This document shows positions 27,974 through 42,459 of a stretch of DNA of 64,000 nucleotides, one piece after another (positions within the stretch are counted from its first letter, which is position 1; the number at the start of each line of letters is the position of its first letter). The stretch is from Eledone cirrhosa (Eukaryota). The notes under the pieces are model-generated. The model was given only the letters and a program-made list of their open reading frames with translations. It had not been told where the DNA came from and searched no databases. Location of the stretch: NCBI GenBank assembly GCA_964016885.1, contig OZ024763.1, positions 6,262,001-6,326,000 on the forward strand. Reading direction: 5' to 3'. The position numbers were made by a program, and so were the translations under genes.

Positions 27974-28431
27974 GTTTCTGATTTCGGTGCAAGGCCAACA
28001 ATTCTGAAAGGAGGGGAGGGGAGGGGGAAATCGATTAAATCGACCCCAGTACGGTATAGTTATTGATTTCAAAATATTGGCAGAAGGCCAGAGATATTGG
28101 TGTAAGGTGTTGTTGCTGAGTAAACCAACCAGACTGGTATTTTAGTTTATTGACCACTGCCTCCTCCTCTTTCCCCCTCTCCAATAATGAAAGACTAAAT
28201 TTGACCTCAGCAGGATTTGAACTCAGAACATAAAGGACTTCCAGGTATTTTGTGTGACACTTTAATGTGAAGACCTGCAAATATTTCAGACCATCAAGAG
28301 CCCCCTTTACCACCCTCACCCATCTCAATTCTACTCCACACATTGACCCTCCCACCCACTACGTTTCTATGGCTGGATGCCCTTCTTAATGCCAAAAACG
28401 TTTACAGTGTGAACTTGGTGCTTTTTATCAT

Positions 28432-28651
28432 GGACATTGACAGGTAGTATGCTGCTAGAATAGATTGTTCTCTGTTAACTTTTTCATAGAGAAAAATTTG
28501 GTATCGGTTGGACGCCTTAATATATATTTATACTTGTGTAAAGATATATATATATTTCTTCAATTAATTTGTAATACACTCCCCTACGTTAGAGACAAAA
28601 TTTGTTCAAATTGAACTGTTTTTTCTAGCAGCACGCAACCTGCCAATGTCC
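28432..28651. repeat. Inverted-repeat-bounded element
   Basis: GGACATTGACAGGTAGTATGCTGCTAGAA pairs imperfectly with TTCTAGCAGCACGCAACCTGCCAATGTCC. Confidence 0.55.
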
Positions 28652-28774
28652 ACTCTTACTTCCCTTCTGTTAACCTCTAATCACATGATATTTCTTCCAT
28701 TTTAAATTTTCACTGCTGGCGAATAACAAGGAGGAATTTTTCTGTCTTCTTCAATTTTCTTTCTTGACTGAGAA

Positions 28775-28842
28775 AGAGTCCTGATGATTTGAGATTTCTC
28801 GCAATACTCGGAGTATTTTCTCAATGAAACTGCAGTAGGGAC
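28775..28842 (+). ncRNA. Type I hammerhead ribozyme with long stem II and palindromic CTGCAG stem III
   Basis: CTGATGA(28781)-T TTGAGA...AATACTC g GAGTATT...TCTCAA T-GAAA(28826)-CTGCAG-TA-GGGAC. Cleavage triplet GUA. Stem I is imperfect. Confidence 0.65.
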
Positions 28843-29782
28843 ATTAAAGTAAATAAGTAAAGATTTTTTTATCTTGTTTGCTTTCCCCAGATTATATTAC
28901 ACTCTGAATGGTTTTGATCTCCATTAATTCTTTCATAGAGAAAAACTTGGTAGTGGTTGGATGTCTTTATATATATCTATACTTGTGTAAAAATAATTGA
29001 CCTCCAGAAAGTATAGCCTTACAGCCTCACAGAGGAGAAGAGAAAGGAAAGTGGAGAGATGATGTGGTACTGGAGAGGACTGGTCTGACCCATGCCAGCT
29101 TTGAAATAAACGGATGTAATAACGATGACAACTAATACACGCTGCTCTACACTGTGGACTGGTCTGACCCATGCCAGCTTAGAAATAAACAGATGTAAGA
29201 ACGATGACAACTAATACTCGACCGCTCTACAGTGTGGACTGGTCTGACCCATGCCAGCTTAGAAATAAATGGATGTAAGAATGTGACGATGATTAGATGA
29301 TATAAATTTGTGTGTTTAGTGTGGATGGTGAAAGTAGATTAGACAATGAAAGGAGAGATGAAACTGAAGAGAAGACTGTAAATCTATGCTTTTATCAATA
29401 GAGGTTAATGACTTTGAAAATCAATCACATTTAATATAGTTTAATATCAGTAATCACCAATAAGAGGACTGTGGATTATATTCCTGATCTTTTCATTGGA
29501 AGAAGGATCAATTAGGCTAGTTAACATACACACATACATACACACACACACACACATAAACATACATATACAAACATACATACATACATACACATATATG
29601 CATAGATATATACAAACATAAACATACATATATATATACACATATACATATATAAATAAATAAATACACACACATATATATACATATGTGTGGCAGCAGA
29701 GTTTTACACCAATAACCCACTCAGGGCATATCACTGTATGGAAATTGCCAGAGTATTCTTTTAATCATGTAATTTTCTCTTC

Positions 29783-29858
29783 ACGTAATACCTGTCTGAT
29801 GAGGTCACAACTGTTACATAACAGTTACAATTGAAATACATATAACATTGATTATGTA
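29783..29858 (+). ncRNA. Minimal type I hammerhead ribozyme
   Basis: TGT-CTGATGA(29796)-GGTCAC AACTGTTA ca TAACAGTT ACAATT-GAAA(29833)-TACATA-TA-ACA. Stem I is extended by ACGTAAT/ATTATGT. Confidence 0.7.
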
Positions 29859-29914
29859 ACAAAGCAAGGTATCTGCTAACCTACTGGTTCCTACTTCATT
29901 ATTATACATACATA

Positions 29915-29960
<46 letters not shown>

Positions 29961-30199
29961 AAAGGATCATTTGTTATGTCTTCAATATGTTTATTGAGTA
30001 GTGGCATGTGTTTCACTATCGATCAGCTCAAGGTTCGATCTTTGTGTGTGTGTATATATATATATATACTGGGCCCCCAAGAGAAATTTTGCAAGGCGTT
30101 ACAAGACCCCTTTGGAGCCCGAAGAAGGCAAAGATTTTTCTCAAAATAAATGCTGCATGGTTGCTGTGGGGCTTTCTTAGATCTTGGGACCCAGAACTA

Positions 30200-30231
<32 letters not shown>

Positions 30232-30382
30232 GTATATATATATAGGGTGGACCAAAAGTTACAATAAATACGAAAAATAATTAGTTTCTACATATTATGT
30301 TTCCACATATTATGTGAATAAATTGTTTCTTATAAAAACAATTATTTTTCCTGTTTCGTGACGTTTGGTCCACCCTATGTAA

Positions 30383-30415
<33 letters not shown>

Positions 30416-31476
30416 TAGGGAGAGAGATGAGGGGAGAGAGAGAGATGAGGGGAGAGAGAGAGATGAAGAGAGAGAGAGAGATGAGGAGAGAGAGATGAGG
30501 AGAGAGAGATGAGGGGAGAGAGATGAGGAGAGAGAGAGATGAGGGGAGAGAGATGAGGAGAGAGAGAGATGAGGAGAGAGAGAGATGAGGAGAGAGAGAG
30601 AGATGAGGAGAGAGAGAGATGAGGGGAGAGAGAGATGAGGAGAGAGAGAGATGAGGAGAGAGAGATGAGGGGAGAGAGAGATGAGGAGAGAGAGAGATGA
30701 GGGGAGAGAGAGATGAGGAGAGAGAGAGATTGCTGAATAAAACACAAATAAATAAACACAAACCAACAAACAGCAAGCTGATCTGAATGAAGATCAATAA
30801 ATTGGAGTATTTAGGTACAAAGAGATATTGTGGCGGTGATTATAACCATCACAACCAACACCACCATCACTACCACCACCACCAACACCACCATCACTAC
30901 CACCACCATCACTACCACCACCAACACCACCACCACCAACACCACCATCACTACCACCACCATCATCACTATCACCACCATCATCATCACTACCATCATC
31001 ACCACCATCACTATCACCACCATCACTATCACCACCATCACCACCACCACTAACACTATCATCATCATCATCAACAATAACATAACAGATAAGACATTGG
31101 TATATTCAGTGAACATTATACATATATGGCCACCTCCTCCGACCTTCAAACACACACACTCTCTCTCTATATATATATATATCACATCTCTCTCTCTCTC
31201 TCTCAGTCAATCTATCAATATATAATTTGGATCAAAAATATTTTTTTTTTTCCGATTATAGACGTATTTTAATTTTACGTCAAATAATCGGAAATTTTTT
31301 TTTTCTTTTCGATCCAAATTTAAATATTCTTTCCTGACTGCAGCAATATAATTGGAATATAAATATAATACAGAGTAATGATTATAACAATAATAATAAC
31401 AAGACACCCTAATTTTTCAGGTGTGATAGCCATTATTACTATTACACGGTCTGTGGAATCTCACTCTCTCTCTCTC

Positions 31477-31530
<54 letters not shown>

Positions 31531-31701
31531 GATCGACAAGATCCCAGAGCTCATCAAATCGGACCGAGGAAACAATGCTTCCATTGGTCTTTCCAATTGC
31601 TAATACTATCTACCGGTCGCAAATCCAGGCAGAAAGAACAACGTAAAATAAAGTGTCTTGCTCAAGGACATAACGCATCGCCTGATACGGAAATCGACAC
31701 T

Positions 31702-31754
<53 letters not shown>

Positions 31755-31844
31755 AAGATGTGTATTCTCTACTAACGTATTGAGTACGTTTTTAACTGTG
31801 GTCACCTCACGAACCACATTGTCAATCCAACCATAATTACACAT

Positions 31845-31910
<66 letters not shown>

Positions 31911-32047
31911 ACAGGGAGTCGGATGGTGGCGATTGTTTCACGTGTGGTGAGACAACTACGAAGGAGACCATTTCTACGCAGAAGGGAGCTGGACATGGCT
32001 GGACACTGTGTGTAAAGGATATCTCTGCTACTTGCAGCATCCTTCAT

Positions 32048-32366
32048 CCACTCGGTTTATAAACGACCTAACCACCCGGTTTATAACGACTGGTCCACCC
32101 CGTTTATAAACGACCAATCTACCTGCAGCTTATAACAACTGGTCCACCCGGTTTATAACGACTGATCCACCATGTTTATAACGACTGGCCCGTCCGGTCT
32201 ATAACGACAGCTCCACCCGGTTTTCAAACGACCAAACCACCCGGTTTACAAACGATCGAACCACCCGGTTTATAAATGACCGAACCAACCGGTTCGTAAC
32301 GACTGGTCCATCCGGTTTATAAACCACTGATCCATCCGGTTTATAAATGACCGAACCACCCGGTTG
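32048..32366. repeat. Degenerate tandem repeat of about 22 bp (CCACCCGGTTTATAAACGAC)
   Basis: About 14 diverged copies. Confidence 0.8.
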
Positions 32367-32503
32367 TTGACAATTGACAACAACCCATGAGGTTTTACAA
32401 GTTTCGTCTTTTTATGACCAGAACAAAACAAACTCATAAGATTATACGGGTATATATTGAGTGTGTACGGGTATGTATATATATATGTATGTGTATATCA
32501 CAC

Positions 32504-32590
<87 letters not shown>

Positions 32591-33017
32591 ACAACACAAA
32601 AAACAAGATGGTGTAGGACAGAACAAAGGAGAGACAAAATAAAAACCTAGTCACTGAGAAGGTCATAGAACGTGTGACGAAAGAGCTTTGACAATATATA
32701 AACAACCTTCCAGTTATCGAACCAACCAACAAACGGGAAATTTATAATAAATTGAAGTGAAAACTAACAGGTGCATGTGTTTTTATTGGCAGCATGACCC
32801 TCCCTAAGTATAACAATATATATTATATACAAATAATTGTTTATACTTTTGGCACAAGGCCAGCAATTACCCAGTACATTACTAGTACTTTATTTTATCG
32901 ACCCCGTAAGGATGAAAGGCAAAGTTAACCTCGGATCGTAAAGGGGCGTAACTCTGCTGCAAAGCATGTCCGACCTTCTACCGATACTGCCAATCCACCA
33001 TACAAATAATGGTGACG

Positions 33018-33078
33018 AGTCTTGTTACTCTGGAGTTTCACCTTACAGGGTCATCAGACATAAGTCTAGCCTGATGAC
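33018..33078 (-). ncRNA. Hammerhead motif of the same family as 4313-4419, with the start of an inverted copy
   Basis: Minus strand: TGT-CTGATGA-CCCT gta AGGT-GAAA-CTCCAGAG-TA-ACA. Plus-strand CTGATGAC at 33071 mirrors GTCATCAG at 33050. Confidence 0.65.
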
Positions 33079-35050
33079 GGTGTGTGTACACAGCATATAT
33101 ACATATGCTGACAAATACAGAGATAAAAGAGTTAGTGTTATTAGGTTACACTTCAAGTTTTGGATGAAAGAGAGTAAAGAAGTGCGACGTATCCGACGTC
33201 AGTCCTTCGTCAGAGAGAGAGTACAATAGATAGAGTAGAAAATGTGTGTGTGTGTGTGTGTTGTTAATTTTTGTGCGTATATACATGTGTGTGTGTATAT
33301 GTGTATTTATAAGACGACATAACCCAGTCAAATACCATCACCCGACGTTGCTTCTTCACAACTTTTCTTAATAATGTATATTTTACAGAATATTTTACAT
33401 TAAAGAAAGGTGTAGAAGAATAAAATGTCGTTTACGAATTAAAATGCAAAATAATATTGTTATTACTATTGTCTGTCACAGAAATTACCAGAAGTTATTT
33501 GTGATCGTAAAACGAAACATTACCCAAATATTGCCACCCCCACATTTTGCCATTTTAGAACCAAATTCTTTGTTCGATCTCTTTAAATCACTGATCAAAG
33601 TGGATTTAAATGTAAAGGAAGATATTAAAACCACGTTTGCTGAGAAGACATCATTAAAATAAGAATTTTAGAAAGGGTTTTGTTTGGATTTTTATATTTT
33701 TAATGAAATCTATGTTTCGTTCACAGACACATATATACCCATACTCACACACACATAATAGACTCATATACATTTATATATATATACACACACAGTCATA
33801 ATAGACACATACTTATACATAGATACAGAATACACACACACACATATGCATATTGACACACATTTATATATACATATATGTGTACACACAACACACACAC
33901 ACATACATTATATATATATATATAGACACACATGTATACATACATTTTATATATATATATGCAGACACGTATGCACATGCATACACACATGTATACATAC
34001 ATTATATATATATATATAGACACACATGTATACATACATTTTATATATATATATGCAGACACGTATGCACATGCATACACACATGTATACATACATTATA
34101 TATATATATATAGACACACATGTATACATACATTTTATATATATATATATGCAGACACGTATGCACATGCATACACACATGTATACATACATTATATATA
34201 TACACACATACATATTGACCTCAAACAATACAGTGCACCCACGCGTATCCCTCCCCCCTCTCTCACCCTGGTATCCATTCGAGGGTTCCAGAAATTCTAG
34301 TTGCAGATATATAAAACATCCAGGAAATGGAAGCAAACACACACACACACTGTACATACACATACATACTGACACACACACACACACACACATATAGATA
34401 CACACTGTATATCCACACATACACACACACATAGATGATACACACTGTATATCCACACATACACACTGTATATCCACACATACACATACATACTGACACA
34501 CACACACATAGATACACACTGTATATCCACACATACATACTGACACACACACACATAGATACACACAGTATATCCACACATACATACTGACACACACTGT
34601 ATATCCACACACACATAGTTACACACTGTACACACACACATAATAATGATTGCTTCTACTTTAGGCACAAGGCCAGCAATTTAAAGGAAAGGGGAAAGTC
34701 GATTAAATCGACCCCAGTGCATTACTGGTACTTTATTTATCGACCCCGCAAGGATGAAAGGCAAAGCTAACCTCGGCGGGATTTAATAATATTGATGTCT
34801 AATTTCTGCACAAGGTCAGCAATATAGGAAGGAGGAGGAGGAGAGAAAGTGAAATATATCGATCTCTAGTAGGTGACAGGTACTTTAAATATAATCGAAT
34901 CCTCCACCCCGGTACGATGAAAGACAAAATATATATACACACTGTATATATAATGTATATCCATACAATGTCTAACCCCACACACACGTGTGTGTATATA
35001 TATATAGCAATGATATTAATAAATGGAAACTATATTTATAAAACCATATT

Positions 35051-35112
35051 TATTTTATTATATATATTTCAAGGATACCAAAAACTTTGGTATGCCCTCA
35101 TCAGATAAAATA
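35051..35112 (-). ncRNA. Minimal type I hammerhead ribozyme
   Basis: Minus strand: TATTTTAT-CTGATGA-GGGCATACCAAA gtt TTTGGTATCCTT-GAAA-TATATA-TA-ATAAAATA. Perfect 8-bp stem I and a palindromic stem III region. Confidence 0.8.
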
Positions 35113-35329
35113 CAAAATTTGTTTTATAAATATTTATTAATATCATTGATTATACATTATTCTATGTACTATACATGCACCTTTGATGAGTTGTAGTGCA
35201 CCTGAGCACTGTACACAATAATTTCATTATTATTATTATTATTATTATACTCCAGAAAACTTGTCGAGTGCTTCGAAACTGTTATAAATAAATTTGTTGA
35301 ATTACCAGCAAATTAAATATTGCTTTGCT

Positions 35330-35412
<83 letters not shown>

Positions 35413-35433
35413 ATATATATGTATATATATATG

Positions 35434-35554
<121 letters not shown>

Positions 35555-35597
35555 GTATATATATATATGTATATATATATGTATATATATATATATG

Positions 35598-35635
<38 letters not shown>

Positions 35636-35659
35636 CATATATATATGTATATATATATG

Positions 35660-35690
<31 letters not shown>

Positions 35691-35691
35691 G

Positions 35692-35723
<32 letters not shown>

Positions 35724-35826
35724 TCCACACACATGCACCGAAGAAATGTGTTGAACATCACCTGAAATTGATAAATGAAAATATACAACATCAAAGCAAT
35801 ATACACATGTAGCTATAGATACACAC

Positions 35827-35859
<33 letters not shown>

Positions 35860-35870
35860 CACTATATAAA

Positions 35871-36243
35871 TAAATGGAAACTATATTTATAAAACCATAT
35901 TTATTTTATTATATATATTTCAAGGGCCACCAAGGCAAATTATGGTGCGCTTTCATCAGATAAAATACAGATTTGTTTTATAAATAAATATTGACATACC
36001 CGGAAAAAAAGACAGCCTTAACGGTTGGAGCTTCCTGCACAGGACTTCCTGGTTGGACTATCCAGGAAGTCCCATCCAGGAAGCTCCAACCGTTAAGGTT
36101 GTCTTTTTTTCCGGGTATATCAATATTTATTTATAAAACAAATCTGTATTTTATCTGATGAAAGCGCACCATAATTTGCCTTGGTTGCCCTTCAAATATA
36201 TATAATAAAATAAATATGGTTTTATAAATATAGTTTACATTTA
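35871..36243. mobile_element. About 370-bp palindromic element carrying one hammerhead per arm (left intact on minus, 35902-35967; right on plus, GAAA mutated to CAAA at 36193)
   Basis: Arms of about 180 bp are near-perfect reverse complements around a 9-nt loop (36053-36061). TCATCAG at 35953 and CTGATGA at 36155. The same family occurs at about 35020-35140 and 42140-42227. Confidence 0.8.
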
Positions 36244-36509
36244 TTAATATATTGTGTATTTACTCCACTAACTTATTGAGTGCTTTATATCAGTTATAAA
36301 AATGTTTAAGCTTGTTGAATCCCAACAAATTAAATATAACCTCTGCATATATATATACACAGGGTGTCCGAAAAGTGGTATACACGCTTTCATTAGAATG
36401 CTGTTGAAGTGTGTATACATTTTTGTGGGGACAATATATATATATATATTATATACACATGTATCTATACACATACACACTTATATACATGTAGGTATAA
36501 ACACCTTAC

Positions 36510-36760
36510 CTTTCACGTTGTATCCTAGATTTACAAGCACCTGTGAAGGAACTTCCCAGGCCTAGACCACACCTTTCCGACCAAACACGGAAATATGAGT
36601 ATTGTGTGGACATTAGATCATTTTCCCAACTCTGTTATTACTGGTGGCTTCTTTTAGCTTCCTTCACTTCTTTTAAATAGATCTTTACTATCTTTTTGTC
36701 CTTTTTAGAGATAATTTATTAACTGCCCTCTTTCATGTATAATAAATGGTATTCGTAGAG
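36510..36760 (-). other. Candidate 5' exon of a second minus-strand gene
   Basis: Unique sequence ending in a strong donor AAAG|GTAAGG at 36509. A short ATG frame MSTQYSYFRVWSERCGLGLGSSFTGACKSRIQRE starts at 36613. No recognisable homology. Confidence 0.3.
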
Positions 36761-38886
36761 TTATATTTGGGATGGAAATATCTCCTGTTATTGTTGTTGA
36801 GGCTGTTGTTGTGGTAGTTGAGGCCTTTGTGGCGGTAGTTGAGGCTGTTGTTGTTGTGACGATTGAGGTTGTTGTGGTGGTGGTGGCAGTTGAGTTTGTT
36901 GTTGTGACGATTGAGGTTGTTGTGGTGGTGGTGGCAGTTGAGGTTGTTGTTGTGACGATTGAGGTTGTTGTGGTGGTGGTGGCAGTTGAGTTTGTTGTTG
37001 TGGTGGCAGTTGAGGTTGTTGTGGTGGCAGTTGAGGTTGTTGTTGTGGCAGTTGAGGTTGTTGTTGTTGTGGTGGTGGTTGTTGATAAAAATAAAAAAAA
37101 AAAACTCCGGTGGTTTTGACAGCGAAAGAACCAAGAAATTACGACGGAGAATTAATGACTGGGAAAGATGAAAAGAAGAAAAGATATTGAAGGAAGGATA
37201 GAGAGTGAGAGAAGGATGGAATGTGGGAGGGAGATAGAGAGAGGGTGACGGTGATAGAGAGAGGGTGACGGTGATAGAGAGTGAGATTGATAGAGAGAGC
37301 GTGATAGTGATATATATAGAGAGAGTGACAGTGATAGAATGAGTGAGATTGATAATGAGAGAGAGTTAGTGTGTGAAGGATCGAATGTGGGAGGGAAATA
37401 GAGGGAGAGGTGAGAGAGAGGGGTGTGATAGTGATAGAATGAGTGAGATTGATAGAGAAAGAGAGAGAGAGAGGGTGATAGTGAGAGATAGATAGTGTGT
37501 GAAGGATCGAATGCGGGAGGGAGATAGATAGAGAGTGAGGGGGACTGATAGATGGAGACGAAGAGAGGATGATAGTGATAGAGTGAGCGAGATAATGATA
37601 GATAGAGAGTATGGGAGATTAATAGATGGAGAGTGATAGTGAGAGTGAGTGAAAAATAGAGAGATATAGTGAGGGAGTGTGAAAGATAGAGAGAGGGATA
37701 GAAAAAGTGATAGTGATAAGGTGAAGAAGATAAAGAGATAGAGTGGACAGAGAGAGGGAGTGAATGATAGAGAGTGAGTGAGAGAAAGATAGAGATAGTG
37801 TGGAGGGAAGAGGAGAGAAAGAAAGAGTAATAGATTAATAGAGAGGGTGTGAGATTTAAAGAAAGTGTGAGAAGGAGGGAAATAGGTAGAGTAAGAGAAA
37901 ATGAGAAAGAGTGATACAATGAGATAGAGAGAGAGTGGGAGAATGATAGAGAGAGAGAGTACTACAGTGAGAATGAGAGAAAGAAGTAGATATATAGATA
38001 GAAAGAGAATGAGAGAGTGATAGAGAAAGAGAGATAGAGAGAGAGAGATAGATAGATTGAGAGAGTGAGAGAGAGAGAGAGAATCTGTTGCAAAGACAAA
38101 AGAAATTCCTCAACAAATCTGACAAGAAAAGATGTTAAAAGACAGTGGATAGGAAATATATAACGCACTATATATAACATGTATATATATACACATGTAT
38201 GTATAATATATATATGTTATATATTTAAATATATATTGTTTAATTTGGACTTCTTTTCCATGTTGTGTTTATATTATTTTATTGTATTTAATCATTAAAA
38301 ATGTTGTATTGCGAAGTTAGGTTGGTTCCAGGGATTAAAGAAATTGGGGACAAAAGTCTTTAGTAAGATATATATACATATAAATATGTATATATACCAT
38401 ATAAATGTTTAATTATATATATATCATCATCATCATCATCACCGTTTTACGTCCGTTCTTCCACGCTAGCATGGGTTAGACGGGTTGTCCTGTTGTGGGC
38501 AGTGTCTGGTCGGCTGACCATGCCTTGCTCATACAGGAACTGATCTGGCTTGATTTCTACAGCTGGATGCCCTTCCTAACACCAACCTCATTTACAGTGA
38601 GTGCTGGGTGCTTTTTCGTGGCGCCTACACGTCCACTTTACAGTGTGGGCTGGGTGCTTTAGATATATATATATAAATGTTTAATTATATATATATAAAA
38701 TATAAATGTTTAATTATATCTATATCTATGTATCTATATAAATGTTTATATATGTAGGTCCCGGGTTGAGTCGGGGATAACCACAGTAAGTAAGGTACTC
38801 AATACATGGCAGAGTATGTGTAATAATAATTATGAAGACTAAAATCTGAAGAGGGTTCGATACTTTGCTTAAACTTTAATCTGTAC

Positions 38887-38941
<55 letters not shown>

Positions 38942-39280
38942 TATGTGATTCAGTGAATTACTGGTGGTGGTACCAATATGAGCACTCAATACACAGGCCG
39001 AGTGTATATATATTAAGAAATCGATGAAGTTTCATTTACATATATTGATATTTAGGTTTTGTGGTGTTGCTTTCACTTTCGACTGAAGTTAGTGGCGAAA
39101 ATGTTGTTATATATATATTTTCCTGGTGATTTCATACGAATGAAACAGTTCTAGCACTGTAGAAACCATTTCTATATTAAATATAAAGGCATTTTATGGA
39201 CCCCGTCCAATATTCGCGGGGTTTTCAGTCTTAGCGGGAGCTCTAGGAACGTAACCCTGCCGCGAATGCCGGGGGACAAC

Positions 39281-39311
<31 letters not shown>

Positions 39312-40173
39312 GTGTGTATGTGTGTGTGTGCTGGGAAAATGTTCAATATTTTTAGAAAGAAAATGTGAATATAAAAATGTCGAAATAGAGAAAGTAAAAA
39401 TAAAACTGACCCGGTGGAACCAACTTAAACACTGGATCAAGTCGCCGGTTGCATTTGAGAAAGGGGGGGGGGGTCAGTGAGAGAAAGGGGGAGGTGAGAG
39501 GATGATATATATATATATATAGAGAGAGAGATAGGAACAGTGAGAGGTTTATATATATATATAGAGAGAGAGAGAGAAAGAGAGAATGACTAATAAATAT
39601 AGAGAGAGGATCAAACTCTCCCTATCCCTGTCTATATATACCTATAAACCTCTCATTCCCCTCTCTGTATATATATATATAAAGAGAGAGAGAAAGAGAG
39701 AGAGAAGAGTGAGTGGGTAATAGATAGAGAGGGTGGGTGAGGTTTAAAGATATATATATATATATAACTACTTTTGTTCTATTACAGTTAGGGTCTATCT
39801 ATCTATTTATTTGTCTCTCTCTCTATCTATTTGTCCATCTATCTCACTCTATATCTATCTGTCTATATATCTGTCTATATATATATATATATATATATAA
39901 ATGAAGTATTTCCGTAGGAAAGGTAAAGGAAAAGAGAGTGCTCTATGTAGGCTACAGACCTTTTTAGTTGTTTATTAGATAACTATATAACTATATATAT
40001 ATATAGTGTATGTGTGTGTGTCCGTCTATCTGCCTATTTATATCTATCTGTCTGTCTGTCCGCTGCGAAGACAACAAGGTTATCTGATTTGGCTTCAAAA
40101 ATACGTCTGCAGCCGACACATTCACTCTTCCTCTCTCTGTCCACACACACACATATTTATATATACATATATT

Positions 40174-40204
<31 letters not shown>

Positions 40205-40306
40205 GTGTATATATAGGGAGAGAGAGGGAGGTTGAGAGAGTGATATAGCAAAAGACAAAATATAAATTAAAGACAAAACGGTCGTGAAAAATACAGAGAG
40301 AGACAA

Positions 40307-40377
<71 letters not shown>

Positions 40378-40814
40378 TAAAGTAAGTTATATAGAGAAAA
40401 GTGGTGAAGATCGATAAACTGATATTTATTCAGGGATTCAATGGTTAGCTGGAGTTATTAGACGGAATAATGTGGCTTTGTTAAACGATCTTATTAACTG
40501 CCATTAAATAGCCGAAATATATAATGACATGGACCATCATTAAATACAAGATATATATGATGTCAGTAAAGAGACAGAGCTGTTATTGACTTGTATAGTC
40601 CACGTCTCACCATTCTCTCTCTATATATACTTTAACAGACGACATTTTTATGAGGTGAGGTCGCCAGTGCGCATGTCTGCTATACCGGAAATTCATTGAT
40701 CATAACATACACACATACAGACATACATACACACATACATACATACATACACACGCACAGCTGTGTTTGTTTAATTGTGTGTGTGGTGTGGTGTGGTGTG
40801 TGTGTGTGTGTGTA

Positions 40815-41081
40815 CAGGGGCGGTGGAAGCAATTCTGAATTGGGGGAGGCCAAATTTAGTCAATTTAGTTGTGGTGATTAGTTTAACTCTTTGCACTCTA
40901 AAATGCTCAGAAAACTTCGATATGCGATAAACATAACATGTACAGAAATTGTAGCGCATATATATATATATATATATATATAGATGTGTGTTTTGGTATT
41001 TTGGTAGTTTGGGGAGAAAACTATAATTATTGGGGGAGGTTGAGGTGACATGCCCCCTCTCCCCCAGTTCCACCGCCCCTG
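40815..41081. mobile_element. Non-autonomous DNA transposon (hAT- or Harbinger-like TIRs)
   Basis: 14-bp TIRs CAGGGGCGGTGGAA / TTCCACCGCCCCTG. Confidence 0.7.
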
Positions 41082-41213
41082 ATATATATATATATATCCA
41101 GGAACTGTAAGTTCACCCGGGTGAGCACTCGATGTTCAGGTTCACGTCAGTATAGAGGTGTAGAGCTAGACAGAGTGGAATATGATAATTGTTTCTACTT
41201 TTGGCACAAGTCC

Positions 41214-41453
41214 AGGACGATTGGTTACTTCTTCATTACGTTTATTGGTTGATGACGCGCGTTTTGGCTACTAATCAGCTCAAGGTTAGATCTGTATCGA
41301 TCAAGCCCGACTCTTCATTCTGTCATCACTACAACAGAGGTCTGATGAGCTTTTGATTTCAGAGTTGGGCTAGATCGAACCTTGAGCTGATCAGTAGCGA
41401 AACGCGCGTCATCAACCAATAAACGTAGTAATGAAGGAGTAACCATTCGTCCT
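41214..41453. mobile_element. Inverted-repeat element with an ultra-minimal hammerhead-like motif in each arm
   Basis: Arms of about 80 bp are reverse-complementary. Right arm: CTGATCA-GTAGC-GAAA-CGCGCG-TC-ATCAA (41387-41415). A related fragment lies at about 30020-30041. Confidence 0.6.
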
Positions 41454-41557
41454 TGTATTATTATTGGTTAACTTTGCCTTTCATCCTTACGGGGTCGATA
41501 AAATAAAGTACCAGTAATACACTGGAGTAATTGCTGCCTTGTGCCAAATGTAGAAAC

Positions 41558-41596
<39 letters not shown>

Positions 41597-42226
41597 CATA
41601 TATAGACATAAACATGTCAAATTTATAGTCACTCTGGACGAAAATGTATTAAATTTTCACGTTGTGACTGACTCAAACAATTCGATTGGTATCTGATATA
41701 TTGCGGCTACAACTTCGATATATAAACACATACACACAGCTGCTGATATATACACATTATTTTTATATATACACACAGCTGCGTTTGTGTGTGTATATAT
41801 ATATAGACATATACACATCCATTATATACATACACACACATATATATATATACACACACGTGTGTGATCAGCTGTGTTTGTGTATATATAGTATATATAC
41901 AGACACATCCATTCGTACATACATATGTATGTATATTGGGAACATGTGTGTATATATATATATACACACGCACATCTGTAATCACGTGCATGTGTGTGTG
42001 TATATATATATATATATATGTACACACACATACATAATCCATTATCAGCTGTGATTATATAACGGTATAATTGTATATATATAAATGTATATATATATAT
42101 ATAAGTTGAAATATACATATATATATATATACGATATTAATAAATGGAAACTATATTTATAAAACCATATTTATTTCATTATACATATTTCAGGGATACC
42201 AAATTAAATTATGGTATGCCTTCATC

Positions 42227-42257
<31 letters not shown>

Positions 42258-42357
42258 CTTATTTTATTAATGTTTTATCAAATATCAGACCTACTATTGT
42301 ATAATGTCCTCCATATTTATCAGAAACGTTTCTCACTCTCATATATATGTTAGTATG

Positions 42358-42402
<45 letters not shown>

Positions 42403-42459
42403 TTCAAGGAGAGAACAAACAGAGGTACTAAAAGTCTTATTAGTTTCACACTTTATATG

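Noticed and set aside
33180-33215. Hammerhead-like CTGACGA-AGGAC..GTC-GGATAC on minus
   Set aside because: The GAAA core is absent and stems I and III do not pair.
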